Counted from the stretch's first letter, positions 1-9,760 are shown. The stretch: 32,000 nt of DNA from Pyrobaculum calidifontis JCM 11548 (GCF_000015805.1 NC_009073.1:450001-482000); one strand, 5' to 3'. Notes: generated by a model not told the origin, from the letters alone. Made by a program: numbers and translations.

Positions 1-95
1 ACACAGAGAGGCTGTGAGGCGGGCGCTGGAGCAGGCCCAAAAATCTGCATGAAGCTGGGCCACGGCTTTTCGCAAGAAAAATAAACATCGTAAAG

Positions 96-104
96 CTATT
101 ATAG
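96..104 (+). promoter_or_regulatory. Putative TATA box (CTATTATAG) upstream of the ATPase gene
   Basis: A/T-rich element centred 23-29 nt upstream of GTG123/ATG129. The same spacing recurs at many genes in this window (leaderless-type architecture). Confidence 0.4.
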
Positions 105-122
105 CAGACGGACATCGGTGAT

Positions 123-1169
123 GTGGGCATGGGCTACGTAAAGGGCCTGGAGGTAGAGGGCTACCGCGGGCTCCGCAAGGCGAGCCTAACCGACTTCGCA
201 GGGATAAACGTGTTCGTGGGCAAAAACGGCAGCGGGAAGTCCTCCCTCCTCGAAGCCCTCTACATAGCCCTCAAGCCGTTTGACGGGCTGAAGCACGTAG
301 TCAAGAGACGCGGCTGGTTTGGCCTAGCGTCGGCAGAGGCGCTATTCCACGGCAGGGATAGTGAGATCAAGATAAGAATAACGTTGGAGGATGGGTCTTG
401 GGAGGAGGTGATAATAAGACGCAGTGCGCCTACCGTAGGTCATATAGAGGCACTTAAGGCCAAGGGCCTAGACGCCAGCAAACTATATGCGCTCAGCATA
501 AGCGCAAAGGGCAAAGTCGCCGGAGATGCAACATTTTATGTAGACCCCAGCGGTAAATGTCTTACGCTTTTTGAAAAGGGGGAAGGGATGGTTTACGGCG
601 CGACGTTCATTGACTGGAACAGCGTCTACTCCTACGGCACTCCAGAGGAAGCCTATTCCACCATGGTGAAAGAGGGCGGTGAAGAGGCTAAGGAAGCCGT
701 CATCAAGACTTTACAAGCTGAATACGAGGAGCTTCGCGACATCGCAGTCCTTCGTGCATACGACGAATGGGTGCTCCATCTAACCTTTAAGGACGGGGCC
801 GTTCCATACTACGTAGCAGGCGACGGCATTAGATACGCCCTGATGTACCTCATGGCCGTGTCCACGCCCAAAGAAGCCGTGTTGCTAATGGAGGAGCCGG
901 AGCTACATGCCCATCCGAGACTGATGAAGATAGTGGCCAACTCCATCCTCCACACCCACCGCGAAAGGAGAAACCAGGTATTCCTCTCAACCCACAGCCT
1001 AGAGCTAATAGAGATGTTAATCGAACAAGCCGAGAAGCTCGGACTAAAAGACCAAGACCTGAAAATCTACAGACTCGCGCTAAAAAACGGCGTCCTCTAC
1101 AGCAAGGTGTACACCTTAAGCGAAGCCCTAGACGCCGTCAAAAAACTCGAATGGGACCTCAGGAGGTAA
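123..1169 (+). CDS. Stand-alone ABC/SMC-type ATPase (AAA_21/AAA_15-like)
   Basis: 348-aa ORF. Walker A GKNGSGKSS near the N-terminus, signature-like GDGIRYAL, Walker B VLLMEEPE, H-loop LSTHS. Start is GTG123 or ATG129. Confidence 0.8.
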   Translation: MGMGYVKGLEVEGYRGLRKASLTDFAGINVFVGKNGSGKSSLLEALYIALKPFDGLKHVVKRRGWFGLASAEALFHGRDSEIKIRITLEDGSWEEVIIRRSAPTVGHIEALKAKGLDASKLYALSISAKGKVAGDATFYVDPSGKCLTLFEKGEGMVYGATFIDWNSVYSYGTPEEAYSTMVKEGGEEAKEAVIKTLQAEYEELRDIAVLRAYDEWVLHLTFKDGAVPYYVAGDGIRYALMYLMAVSTPKEAVLLMEEPELHAHPRLMKIVANSILHTHRERRNQVFLSTHSLELIEMLIEQAEKLGLKDQDLKIYRLALKNGVLYSKVYTLSEALDAVKKLEWDLRR

Positions 1170-1882
1170 GACGCAAGACGTTGATACTTCTCACGGAGGG
1201 TCTAGTCGAGGAAATAGTCTACTCCAGCATGCTGGAAAAACTATACGGCGGCAGACAAGTAGAGTGCGAAGATGCGCCAACACCGTTGGAAGCGCTCATA
1301 GATCCCCTCATACGACGCGCCAAATGCTATACTCTAGAACATGGAGACCTTATAGTCATAGTCAACAGCAGAGGGTATGAAAATCTCAGAAACACAATCA
1401 GACAACTACTCACACAGCCAGAGCTCCCCGAAGCCCTCGGCCAACTCGACCTACGCATAGCAGTCGCGGCCGACAGAGACAAGAACCCCACCGAGAGCAT
1501 CAGAGGAGTACTATCGTCAATGGGCCTCCAGGCAACAGGAGGCGACACCCTCACCGTTGAGCTCGGCAACGGGGCCAAGTTGGCCATACACGTAATAGAA
1601 CAGGGAGGCGAGGGAGACACTGCCACAGGGGAAATAGAAGACGAGCTAAGAAAACTCGTTGAGACGCTAAAGCCAGAGCTACAACACGCCGCCAAGAAGG
1701 TAGAGGAGATCTACGGGCCACTAACCGACAAGCAGAAGCTACTAATCTACCTGGCACTACTAGAGCGCAAACCCAAGATAAGAGAGCTGTACGAGCTCTT
1801 CAGAGAGGCGGTGGCGGCGGCCAGCAGAGACGCCATAGAACACCTGGGCCTAGCCAAAGGCCTAGGAAAAGCGCTCGGATAG
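1151..1882 (+). CDS. TOPRIM-like small protein (RloB/DUF4276/DUF4435-like pattern), partner of the upstream ATPase
   Basis: 243-aa ORF overlapping the ATPase gene by 19 nt. N-terminal LILLTEGLVEE and central IAVAADRDKN give the E...DxD pattern of TOPRIM domains. Helical C-terminus. Fold assignment is from motif pattern only. Confidence 0.5.
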   Translation: MGPQEVRRKTLILLTEGLVEEIVYSSMLEKLYGGRQVECEDAPTPLEALIDPLIRRAKCYTLEHGDLIVIVNSRGYENLRNTIRQLLTQPELPEALGQLDLRIAVAADRDKNPTESIRGVLSSMGLQATGGDTLTVELGNGAKLAIHVIEQGGEGDTATGEIEDELRKLVETLKPELQHAAKKVEEIYGPLTDKQKLLIYLALLERKPKIRELYELFREAVAAASRDAIEHLGLAKGLGKALG

Positions 1883-1893
1883 CCGCGCGCAGA

Positions 1894-2991
1894 ATGCTCC
1901 TTGAGGCAATCGCCATCGCGCTGACGGCGGCGCACTTCGGGGCGCCCCTGCTCTACTACTGGCGCGCAAAGAGGTGGCTCAAAAAGCCCTGGGACGTCGC
2001 CCCCGACCCCACCTATAGGCCCAGAGTCACCGTGATAGTCCCCACATACAACGAGGCCCCCCTCATCGAGGAGAAGCTGGACAACATATACGAGCAGGAC
2101 TACCCCAGAGACAAGCTGGAGGTCGTGGTGGTAGACTCCGCCAGCACCGACGGGACCCCAAGCGCCGTGAGGAGATGGGCAGAGACACACCCAGACCTCG
2201 CCCTCACCCTCGTCGAGGAGACCGAGAGGCGGGGCAAGGCCCACGCCCTAAACACAGCCCTCAGACACGCCACGGGGGAGATCGTCGTCATAACAGACGC
2301 CGACGCGCTATGGCCCGCCAGAGACACCCTCGCCAACGCCGTCAAGTGGCTCGCCGACCCCACAGTCGGGGCAGTCTCCTGCGTCAAGAGGCCGGCCGGC
2401 CCCGCCGGGGTTGAAGACAGCTACAGAGACTTCTACAACGTGCTAAGAGTCGCCGAGAGCAAGGCCTGGGCAACCCCCATATTCCACGGCGAGCTGGCGG
2501 CCTTCAAGAGGGAGCTACTGGAGAGGCTCGGCGGGTTTCCAACTGACGTAGGCGCAGACGACAGCCACACCGCCACCAAGATAGCCATGATGGGCTACAG
2601 AGCCATAACACCCCCCGACGTCGTATGCGTCGAGGCAGTGCCCAAGCGGGGCTACCACGCGTGGAGAATAAGGAGGGCCCAGCACCTCGTACAACACTTC
2701 GCCAAAGCCATCCGAGACGGCAAAGCCCCACCCCCCTTCAAGCCCATCCTACACGCCGAGGCCTACCTCCATTTGGCCAACCCCTGGGCACTCCCCACAG
2801 CCGCCGCAGCCCTAGCCGCCGCGGCCGCCGCAGGGAGCCTCCCAGCCGCCGCGCTCCTCGCCACAGGCGCCGCCCTAGCCCTCTACAAGCCATATAGGAC
2901 TTGGACTACCATGCAGGCCTACCTAATCGCCGCCGCCGTCAAAAACCTCTGGGACAAGGAGCTAGTCTGGGAAAAACAGGAAAAACGCTAA
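1894..2991 (+). CDS. Family 2 glycosyltransferase, membrane-anchored (PgaC/NodC-like)
   Basis: 365 aa. N-terminal TM, VTVIVPTYNE, VVVDSASTDGT, ITDADA (DxD), GADDSHT, and WRIRRAQH resembling a degenerate QRxRWAQG. Ala-rich C-terminal TM segments. Confidence 0.85.
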   Translation: MLLEAIAIALTAAHFGAPLLYYWRAKRWLKKPWDVAPDPTYRPRVTVIVPTYNEAPLIEEKLDNIYEQDYPRDKLEVVVVDSASTDGTPSAVRRWAETHPDLALTLVEETERRGKAHALNTALRHATGEIVVITDADALWPARDTLANAVKWLADPTVGAVSCVKRPAGPAGVEDSYRDFYNVLRVAESKAWATPIFHGELAAFKRELLERLGGFPTDVGADDSHTATKIAMMGYRAITPPDVVCVEAVPKRGYHAWRIRRAQHLVQHFAKAIRDGKAPPPFKPILHAEAYLHLANPWALPTAAAALAAAAAAGSLPAAALLATGAALALYKPYRTWTTMQAYLIAAAVKNLWDKELVWEKQEKR

Positions 2992-2995
2992 CCAC

Positions 2996-4066
2996 GTGAG
3001 GGTAGTCTACGCCGCGCCCACCTACCACCCCCACGTGGGAGGCGTGGAATACGTCGTCAAGGCGGTCGCGGAGAGGCTGGCCAAGCGGGGCCACGAAGTC
3101 GTCGTACTCGCAGGAGAGCCAAACGCCGAGAGACCCGCCGAGGAGGAGGTGAGCGGGGTGCACGTGGTCAGGTGGCCCACCTGGACCCCCGGCGGGGCCT
3201 ACCACGTCCCCCGCCACAGAGCCAGGCTAGAAGAGGCGCTGAGGGAACTGCTCAGGGGGGCAGACGTGTTGCACGTCCACAGCATACACGCGATCCTCCC
3301 CGTGTGGGCCGGCCTAAAGGCAAGGGAGCTGGGCTTCAGGGGGAGGCTAGTGGCCTCCACGCACTACCACGGCACAGGCCACACCCCCCTGAGGAGGGCC
3401 CTGTGGGCCCTGTGGAGGCGCTACGCCGCTAGGCTCGTAAAGGCCGCAGACGTTGTACACGCCGCGTCTGCCTACGAGGCCAAGCTATTGGAGGAGCACT
3501 TCGCCGTGAGGCCCACCGTCGTGGAACACGGCGTAGACGAAGACGTGGCAGAGGTGCAGTGGACCCCCAGGGACTACGCCATGTACAGCGGCCGCCTAGA
3601 GAAGTACAAAAACGTGGAAAAACTCGCCGCGGTAGTCAAGGCGCTGAGCCGCCTAGGCCACAAGCTCAGGCTAGAGATATACGGCGAAGGCCCCCACCGC
3701 CCCAGCCTAGAGAAGGCGCTTAGGAGGATTGGAGTGGACTACTCAATATACGGCTTTCAGCCGAGGCGCCGCTACTTGGAAAAGCTCGCCGGAGCCGCCC
3801 TCTTCGGCCTACTCTCCACCCACGAGGCCTACGGGCAGACAGCCAACGAGGCAAACGCAATCGGTGTCCCCACCCTGGTGGCCAAGCCCTGGGGAGAACA
3901 CTTCGCCGCCAGGCCCAGGACACTCGCCGTAGACCCCCACGAAGACGCCGAAAAAATAGCCAAAAAGGCGGCGAGGCTAATAGAAGAGGCCCCACGGCAA
4001 CCAAGGCCACGCGTCCCCACCTGGAGCCAGACAGTCGACACGTACCTAAAGCTCTACACCCCCTAA
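2996..4066 (+). CDS. GT-B fold glycosyltransferase (GT4 family)
   Basis: 356 aa, GTG start 4 nt after the upstream stop. N-terminal VVYAAPTYHPHVGGVEYVV. C-terminal STHEAYGQTANEANAIGVPTLV donor-binding-type motif. Confidence 0.8.
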   Translation: MRVVYAAPTYHPHVGGVEYVVKAVAERLAKRGHEVVVLAGEPNAERPAEEEVSGVHVVRWPTWTPGGAYHVPRHRARLEEALRELLRGADVLHVHSIHAILPVWAGLKARELGFRGRLVASTHYHGTGHTPLRRALWALWRRYAARLVKAADVVHAASAYEAKLLEEHFAVRPTVVEHGVDEDVAEVQWTPRDYAMYSGRLEKYKNVEKLAAVVKALSRLGHKLRLEIYGEGPHRPSLEKALRRIGVDYSIYGFQPRRRYLEKLAGAALFGLLSTHEAYGQTANEANAIGVPTLVAKPWGEHFAARPRTLAVDPHEDAEKIAKKAARLIEEAPRQPRPRVPTWSQTVDTYLKLYTP

Positions 4067-4067
4067 A

Positions 4068-5384
4068 ATGCGCCGCCTAGCGCTCGCCGTTGCCGCCGTC
4101 GCCGCGGCCGCCCCCTACCTATACCTCTACGTCACTGCCTACGCCAAATTCTTCGCCCACTACCGCGGGGCCCTAATCCCCCTAGGCGACGACTACCCCA
4201 TGCACGTCTACTTCGCCCTACAATTCTGCCACGACCCAGCCACAGTCATGCAAGGACAGTACCCAGGCCTACTCCACATCGCCGCCTCCCTCCCCTGCGA
4301 CCTGTGGAAAACCGCCACAGCCCTCTCCACAATGGCCATACTGCTGATACCCCTAGCAGTCGCCGCCTGGGGGCTTGTGTACAGGGCAGTAGGCGCGGGG
4401 AAGTGGGCGTGGCCCCTTGCCGCCCTCGCAGTACTCTCCCAGCCCCGCCTACTCCAGTCAGTGGGAGACGGACAACTCCCAGAGAAGTACACACTCCTCG
4501 TCATACTCCCAGCCGCCGCCTACCTATGGCTAAGAGGCAGACGCGCCGCCGCAGGGGCGGTGGCAGGCCTAGCCGCGTGGACAAGCTACCTAGGCGCCAC
4601 CTACGTCGCACTCTTCGCCCTAGCCACCCTAAGCCCAACCCTCGCCGCCACAGCCGCCGCAGTGGCCGCCGCGGGCTGGCCCAGAGTTCAGACCGCATTC
4701 ACAACCGCGGCAGAGGCCGCGGGGGGGCCCGCGCTGATCCCCTACATGGACCCCATTAGGGCCTCCTTCTACGTCTACTTCAACCCCATCGCCCTCCCCG
4801 CCCTAGCCGCCGCGGCCCTGTGGCTAGCAGCTAAAAAGCCCAGGACTCTGCCCCTACTCGCCACAGCCCTCGCCCTATGGGCCGCCGCATTCGCCCTGCC
4901 CCCCCTCAACGAGAGGCTGGCAAGAGCCGCCGGCTTTCTATTGACAGCGTCAACGTTGGCCGCCGCCTGGGAAAAAGACAGGCGCGTACTAGCCGCCACA
5001 GCCCTCCTAATAGCCGCGGGGCCCGCGGCTGCCGGCTGGGCCTGGGCCGCCGCACACATAGCCCCAGTCCCCTACGGAGAACAACTACTCCAATACGGCC
5101 TATTCCAGCCCGCAGTGAGGACGCTCCCCTGCAAACTAGACGCATACCAGGAAATTGCCAAGGAAATACCCCGAGGGGCAACAGTGTCCGTGGCTTGGCA
5201 GTTAGACCTCTGGCTACTCCCCTACCTATACCAGACAAGGCCAGACGTCAAAGTAAACGTAACAGTATGCCCCTGGGACATGGAGGGGTTGCGCGTGGTG
5301 TCGGGCCTCGTGCCCGGTAGCTGGTACCTCCCCTGCTACTCTGGGTGGCCAACGGGGCCCTGCAACGTCACCCTGGTACGGTGA
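4068..5384 (+). CDS. Polytopic membrane protein, candidate GT-C glycosyltransferase or Wzy-like polymerase
   Basis: 438 aa, Ala/Leu-rich with many predicted TM segments. Acidic DDYPMH motif in the first loop. ATG one nt after the upstream stop. Function inferred from context. Confidence 0.5.
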   Translation: MRRLALAVAAVAAAAPYLYLYVTAYAKFFAHYRGALIPLGDDYPMHVYFALQFCHDPATVMQGQYPGLLHIAASLPCDLWKTATALSTMAILLIPLAVAAWGLVYRAVGAGKWAWPLAALAVLSQPRLLQSVGDGQLPEKYTLLVILPAAAYLWLRGRRAAAGAVAGLAAWTSYLGATYVALFALATLSPTLAATAAAVAAAGWPRVQTAFTTAAEAAGGPALIPYMDPIRASFYVYFNPIALPALAAAALWLAAKKPRTLPLLATALALWAAAFALPPLNERLARAAGFLLTASTLAAAWEKDRRVLAATALLIAAGPAAAGWAWAAAHIAPVPYGEQLLQYGLFQPAVRTLPCKLDAYQEIAKEIPRGATVSVAWQLDLWLLPYLYQTRPDVKVNVTVCPWDMEGLRVVSGLVPGSWYLPCYSGWPTGPCNVTLVR

Positions 5385-6337
5385 GGGTGCTGGCAGTGGT
5401 GGAGGATTGGCCAGACCGCGGCGGGGGGCTACTCGCCACAGAGCTATGGCTAAAAGCCGCGTGCAGAGAGGTCGAGGTGGTAGTGGTGGGCCCAAGGCCC
5501 TTCCCCCCATGCCCCCACTTGCCCCACCCCCTACCACACCAGCGGCCCAAGCTCTGGCTCACAAGACCAAGGGTCGACCTAGCCAAATTCGACGTCTTGT
5601 ACATACCCAGATACGCCTACCACCTCATCCCCGCCGCCAAGCGCCTAGGCCTAAGAGCGGTGGTACACATGCACGGATACCCCACCTACCTCTCCACCGG
5701 GCAGCCCCACGACTGGCGCTACGAGACGGCGACTGTGAAGAGACTATACGCCGCCGCGGCCGCCAAGGCGGTGGAGACCCTCATCGACAAGTGGCTCAGA
5801 CAGGCAGACGCCGTCATATGCGTAAGCAGAGCCCACTGCGCCCGCCTGGAGAAGTACCGCGTGGTTTATGTGCCAAACCCCCCGCCCCCAGTCCCCCAGA
5901 TAAGCGCCCCCCGCGCCAGGCGGTTCGTCTACCCATGGGGCCCAAGGCCCTTCAAAGGCCCCCACATAGCCAGAGCCGTCGCAAAGGCCCTCGGCACAGA
6001 GCTGGTGGAGACCGGGGAGTTGAGCAGGGGGGAGTACTACCACGTCGTGGCCACCTCCAAGGCCCTCCTCGCCCCAGCCCTGTGGGACGAGCCCTACGGA
6101 TACGCCGTGGTAGAGGCCATGATGCTCGGCACACCCCCCGTCGCCTTCGCCAGAGGGGCAATACCCGAGTTAGTCGAGGGCACAGAGGCCGAGGCCTACC
6201 TAGCCCACAACCTCGCCGAATTCGCCAAGGCCGCCAAAAAGGCCCTCGAAGAGCCGCCGCCCCCCAAGCTGGCCAAAGAGGCCAGAGAGAAGTTCCGCAC
6301 CGAGCTAGACCGCTTCCTAAAAGCGCTGATGGGGTGA
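5381..6337 (+). CDS. GT-B fold glycosyltransferase (GT4-like)
   Basis: C-terminal WDEPYGYAVVEAMMLGTPPVAFARGAIPELVEG motif. GTG5381 overlaps the upstream stop as GTGA and gives an N-terminus VRVLAVVED typical of GT4. ATG5345 is the longer alternative start. Confidence 0.7.
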   Translation: MRVLAVVEDWPDRGGGLLATELWLKAACREVEVVVVGPRPFPPCPHLPHPLPHQRPKLWLTRPRVDLAKFDVLYIPRYAYHLIPAAKRLGLRAVVHMHGYPTYLSTGQPHDWRYETATVKRLYAAAAAKAVETLIDKWLRQADAVICVSRAHCARLEKYRVVYVPNPPPPVPQISAPRARRFVYPWGPRPFKGPHIARAVAKALGTELVETGELSRGEYYHVVATSKALLAPALWDEPYGYAVVEAMMLGTPPVAFARGAIPELVEGTEAEAYLAHNLAEFAKAAKKALEEPPPPKLAKEAREKFRTELDRFLKALMG

Positions 6338-7344
6338 CCTGGGACGCCACCCTAGCACTGCTCTGGTTCTTAGCCCCAGAGGCAGGCCGCGCCCTCTCCC
6401 CCCGCGACCCAGCCAAGGCAGTGGCCCTCGGCCTCGCCGCGCTGGCCGCCTCCCTAGCCTTCCCCCCAGCCGCCTTACTCATAATAGTCACAAAGAGGCA
6501 CAGGCCAGACCCGTGGTTCCTCGCCGCCCTCAAGCCCATCGCCGTCGCCGCCGCCCTCGGCCACCTACTACCCCACCCCGAGCCCCTCGCCTTCGCCAAA
6601 GGAGGAGTGTGGAGCCAGTACGCCCCCCTCACCTACTACATGTACAAACTGGCCTGGTGGGCAACCCCAGAGGCGGTGGCCCTCGGCGGCACAGCCGCCG
6701 CCGCGGCCATCCTCTACCAAGCCCTAGCCGCCTGGAGAGGGGCAAGGGACGCCGCCCTCCTCACCCTCATGTGGCCCACCCCCGCCTTCCAATACTTCTC
6801 ACACCACGCCTACACCTTCGCCGCCATATGGACCGCGTGGCTCATGTGGGAAAAAGGCCGCAGACGCGCCTGGCTAGGCTACACAGCGCTGGCAACGGCA
6901 TTCCACACCATAATGGGACCCCTAGCCGCCGCCCCCCTCCTCAAACGCAGAGCAATACAAGCGCTAGCCGCCCTCTGGGCCATATACTTCGCCATAAGGG
7001 GGGCCTGGCCCATCGGCGACGTCGTGGCAGGAGCCGCCGCGGCCCTAGCCGACCCAAGCCGCCTAGCCGCCGGCGCAATAGCTCTGCTCGACAGCTTGCC
7101 CACCCTAGCCGCCCTGCCCACATACCTCTACATCCTCGCCACAGCCCACAGAGGAGGCATCTACTACGCCGTAGCCCTGCTGGGAATTGCAATAGCCGCC
7201 CTAACCGCCGCCCACGTGCCGCCCAGCGTCGCCAGAGGCTACATCTCCAGGTTCATATTCCTCGCCCTACCCTTCGCCGGGACAGCCGCCTGGCCCCTAG
7301 GCCTAGCCGCGTATATATACCAGGCAAGCCTCACCGCGGTATGA
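6334..7344 (+). CDS. Polytopic membrane protein (Wzy/O-antigen-polymerase-like or GT-C candidate)
   Basis: 336 aa from GTG6334 (GTGA overlap with the upstream stop), hydrophobic throughout. The part of the 645-aa ORF upstream of 6334 is Arg/Pro-rich and overlaps the GT4-like gene, so it is not coding. Confidence 0.5.
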   Translation: MTWDATLALLWFLAPEAGRALSPRDPAKAVALGLAALAASLAFPPAALLIIVTKRHRPDPWFLAALKPIAVAAALGHLLPHPEPLAFAKGGVWSQYAPLTYYMYKLAWWATPEAVALGGTAAAAAILYQALAAWRGARDAALLTLMWPTPAFQYFSHHAYTFAAIWTAWLMWEKGRRRAWLGYTALATAFHTIMGPLAAAPLLKRRAIQALAALWAIYFAIRGAWPIGDVVAGAAAALADPSRLAAGAIALLDSLPTLAALPTYLYILATAHRGGIYYAVALLGIAIAALTAAHVPPSVARGYISRFIFLALPFAGTAAWPLGLAAYIYQASLTAV

Positions 7345-8657
7345 CCGAGCGAGTGGCCAAGACGGGCTTCCACATATACGGCCAGTCCATCGCCTTCGCA
7401 ATCGGCGGGGGGCTCTACTGGATAATCGCCGCCGCCCTAGTGGGCCCCGCCGAAATGGGAAAAGCGGCGTACGTGGTGTCCCTAGCCGCGCTCGCCTCCA
7501 CCACCGCCGGGCTGGGCCTCGACAGCGCCGTCCTCAAGATGCAACCCAGGGACTGGGGCGCCATGTACACAGCCACAGCCCTCTACCTCGCCCTGTCGGC
7601 GCCAGCGGCGGCTGTAGCGGCCTATGTCGCGTGGCAGAGCTTGGGCCTGCCTGGCGCCATCGCCGCCGCGGTGTTGGCCCTCTCCTGGCTGTCTAACATT
7701 TACACAAGCGCCGTGGTGGCCTCCTTCAACGCCCAGAGGCTGCCCCTCTACGCCGCCGCCTCCATAGCCGCAAGATTCGCAGTAACCTTCGCCGCGCTCG
7801 GGGCGGGGTGGGCCGCCGTGGCCTATGGATACGCCGCGGGAAGCGCCCTCTACCTCGCCCTAACCGCCGCCACAGCCGCCGCCCTGTGGGGGAGGCCGAG
7901 GAGGCTGGGAGAGTTCCGGGAGGTGGCAAAGGCCGGCCTCTCGGCCTGGCCCAGCCAGCTGGTAGCCGCGGCCCTGATGGGGGGAGGCACCGCCCTCGCC
8001 TTCTCCAAAGCCCACGAAGCCGCCGGCGCCTACTACCTAGCCTACACAGTCGCCACAGTCGCCGTCGGCCTGCCGTCTGCGATAGCCAGAGCCGCCATCC
8101 CCTACTTCGCCGCCACGGGATCCCCCGCGGAGAGAGTAGCCGCAGTGACCGCCTACGTGGGAGCCCCCTTCGTCGCCGCCGCAGTAGCCGCCCCCACCCA
8201 GATACTTGCGCTAATTAGGCAAGACTACGCCGCGGGAGGCCCCGACCTAGCCGCACTGGCCCCAGCCCTCTGGCTAAACGCCGTAGCCTCAGTCCACTTA
8301 AACAAGAAGTACGCCGACGGGAGATATGCCACATACGCCCTAGCCTACGCCGCCTTCGGCGCCACGCTGGCAGTCGCGTCGGCCTACATCGGATACGGCC
8401 CAGCCGCCCTCGCCGCCTCCGCCGTGCTCTACGCCCTCTCAGGCGCGCCTCTCAGGCACCTGGCACTGCTGGCCACAGCCGCCCCAGCCCCACTCCTCGG
8501 CGCCGCCCTGCCCTGGCCCGCCGCAGTGGCCGCGGCCTTCCTCCTGTCACTTGCCGCCTCTGCGCCACTGGTCGGGGCAGAGGAGAGGAGGATTGTCGTG
8601 GAGCTCGCCCCCAAATACTTAAAGCCCCTCGTCAAGCGCCTAACGTGGACTGCGTAA
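7341..8657 (+). CDS. Wzx-like oligosaccharide flippase (polysaccharide biosynthesis protein / MOP superfamily)
   Basis: 438 aa from ATG7341 (ATGA overlap). N-terminus KTGFHIYGQSIAFAIGGGLYWIIAAALVGPAEMGKAAYVVSLAAL is typical of the Wzx/RfbX family. About 12 or more hydrophobic segments. Confidence 0.65.
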   Translation: MTERVAKTGFHIYGQSIAFAIGGGLYWIIAAALVGPAEMGKAAYVVSLAALASTTAGLGLDSAVLKMQPRDWGAMYTATALYLALSAPAAAVAAYVAWQSLGLPGAIAAAVLALSWLSNIYTSAVVASFNAQRLPLYAAASIAARFAVTFAALGAGWAAVAYGYAAGSALYLALTAATAAALWGRPRRLGEFREVAKAGLSAWPSQLVAAALMGGGTALAFSKAHEAAGAYYLAYTVATVAVGLPSAIARAAIPYFAATGSPAERVAAVTAYVGAPFVAAAVAAPTQILALIRQDYAAGGPDLAALAPALWLNAVASVHLNKKYADGRYATYALAYAAFGATLAVASAYIGYGPAALAASAVLYALSGAPLRHLALLATAAPAPLLGAALPWPAAVAAAFLLSLAASAPLVGAEERRIVVELAPKYLKPLVKRLTWTA

Positions 8658-9760
8658 CCCTCGTAATACCCACCCTAGACGAGGCCGAGGCCATAGGCAA
8701 AGTGATAGAGGAGGCCAGGAGAGCGGGCTTCACAAAGATACTAGTGGTAGACGGAGGCTCCAGGGACGGCACCCCCCAAATCGCCGCAGAGAAGGGCGCA
8801 GTCGTAATAGGGCAGAGGGGGAGGGGAAAGGGAGACGCCATAGCCACAGCACTAGACTACGTGGACACCCCCTACCTCGTCGTAATAGACGGAGACTACA
8901 CCTACCCCCCAGAGGAGGCCGCCAAGCTAGTCGCATACCTACGGCACTACGACCTAGTCCTAGGCGCGAGGCAGGGCCCCATGCCCCTCATCTACCGCGT
9001 GGGAAACTGGCTACTGGCAAGGGCCATATCCCTAATGTACGGAGTGAGGCTGAGGGACCCCCTCACAGGCATGTACGCCGCCAGGACCGAGGTCCTCAGG
9101 CGAGCCGCCCCCACAGCCCAAGGCTTCGACATAGAGACAGAGATAATAGCCAAGGCAGTGGAACAGGGCGCGTCGGTGAGAGAGGTGCCCATCCAGTACA
9201 GGAAGAGGCTAGGCCGCAAAAAGCTAAAGCCATGGCACGGCCTTCACATCCTCTGGCGCGCAGTGAGAGCCGCCTACACCGCCAACCCACTCCTCGCCCT
9301 ATACCTCGCCGGAGCCCTCCTCGCCGCGCCAGGCCTCGCCCTAGGCGGATGGGTCGCCTACAGGCTATTCTACCAGGGAGTCCCCCACTACATGCTAGGC
9401 TTGTTAGCCCTCGGCCTACTCCTACTCGGGTTGGTCTCCCTCGCCCTAGCCCCCCTAGCCGCCGCCGTGGTGAGACTGAGGGCACAAATCGCCCGCGCCA
9501 CCCCCAGACAGGAGCCCACAGACTGCCTCCCACCACTCCCACCACCCCCACCACCCCAGCCCAGGAGGCGCCCAACCATCTGGGACAGACTAGAGGCAAC
9601 GGCCAGGGGGCTGACAATAGCCTTCGCCGCGACCCTCTCCGCCGCCGCGTACTTCCTAGCCGTGGGAGACACGCCGACCGCGAACAAGCTCGCCGAATAC
9701 GCCTACTACTTCCTCGCCGCCGCGACTGTGATATATCTGGCAGTAGCCGCCAAACAATGA
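8645..9760 (+). CDS. GT2 glycosyltransferase, dolichyl-phosphate hexose synthase-like (DPM1/AglD/AglJ type) with C-terminal membrane domain
   Basis: 371 aa. VTLVIPTLDEAEAIGKVIE, LVVDGGSRDGT, VVIDGDYTYP (DxD). C-terminal TM helices separated by a proline run PPLPPPPPPQPRRRP. 13-nt overlap with the flippase gene. Confidence 0.75.
   Translation: MDCVTLVIPTLDEAEAIGKVIEEARRAGFTKILVVDGGSRDGTPQIAAEKGAVVIGQRGRGKGDAIATALDYVDTPYLVVIDGDYTYPPEEAAKLVAYLRHYDLVLGARQGPMPLIYRVGNWLLARAISLMYGVRLRDPLTGMYAARTEVLRRAAPTAQGFDIETEIIAKAVEQGASVREVPIQYRKRLGRKKLKPWHGLHILWRAVRAAYTANPLLALYLAGALLAAPGLALGGWVAYRLFYQGVPHYMLGLLALGLLLLGLVSLALAPLAAAVVRLRAQIARATPRQEPTDCLPPLPPPPPPQPRRRPTIWDRLEATARGLTIAFAATLSAAAYFLAVGDTPTANKLAEYAYYFLAAATVIYLAVAAKQ

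Noticed and set aside
2-52. Possible 3' end of an upstream gene (…HREAVRRALEQAQKSA-stop).
   Set aside because: Only 16 codons are visible, which is not enough to support a feature.
5407-6333. The upstream two thirds of very long alternative-frame ORFs. Examples are 5407-7344 (645 aa), 6513-8657 (714 aa), 9232-10272, 9954-10658, 11296-12423 and 11916-13532, all with Arg/Pro/Gly-rich translations.
   Set aside because: They overlap well-supported GT or membrane genes in another frame and have low-complexity, extremely basic products. They turn into normal protein sequence only after an internal ATG/GTG that overlaps the previous stop. This is a stop-codon-poor high-GC artefact.
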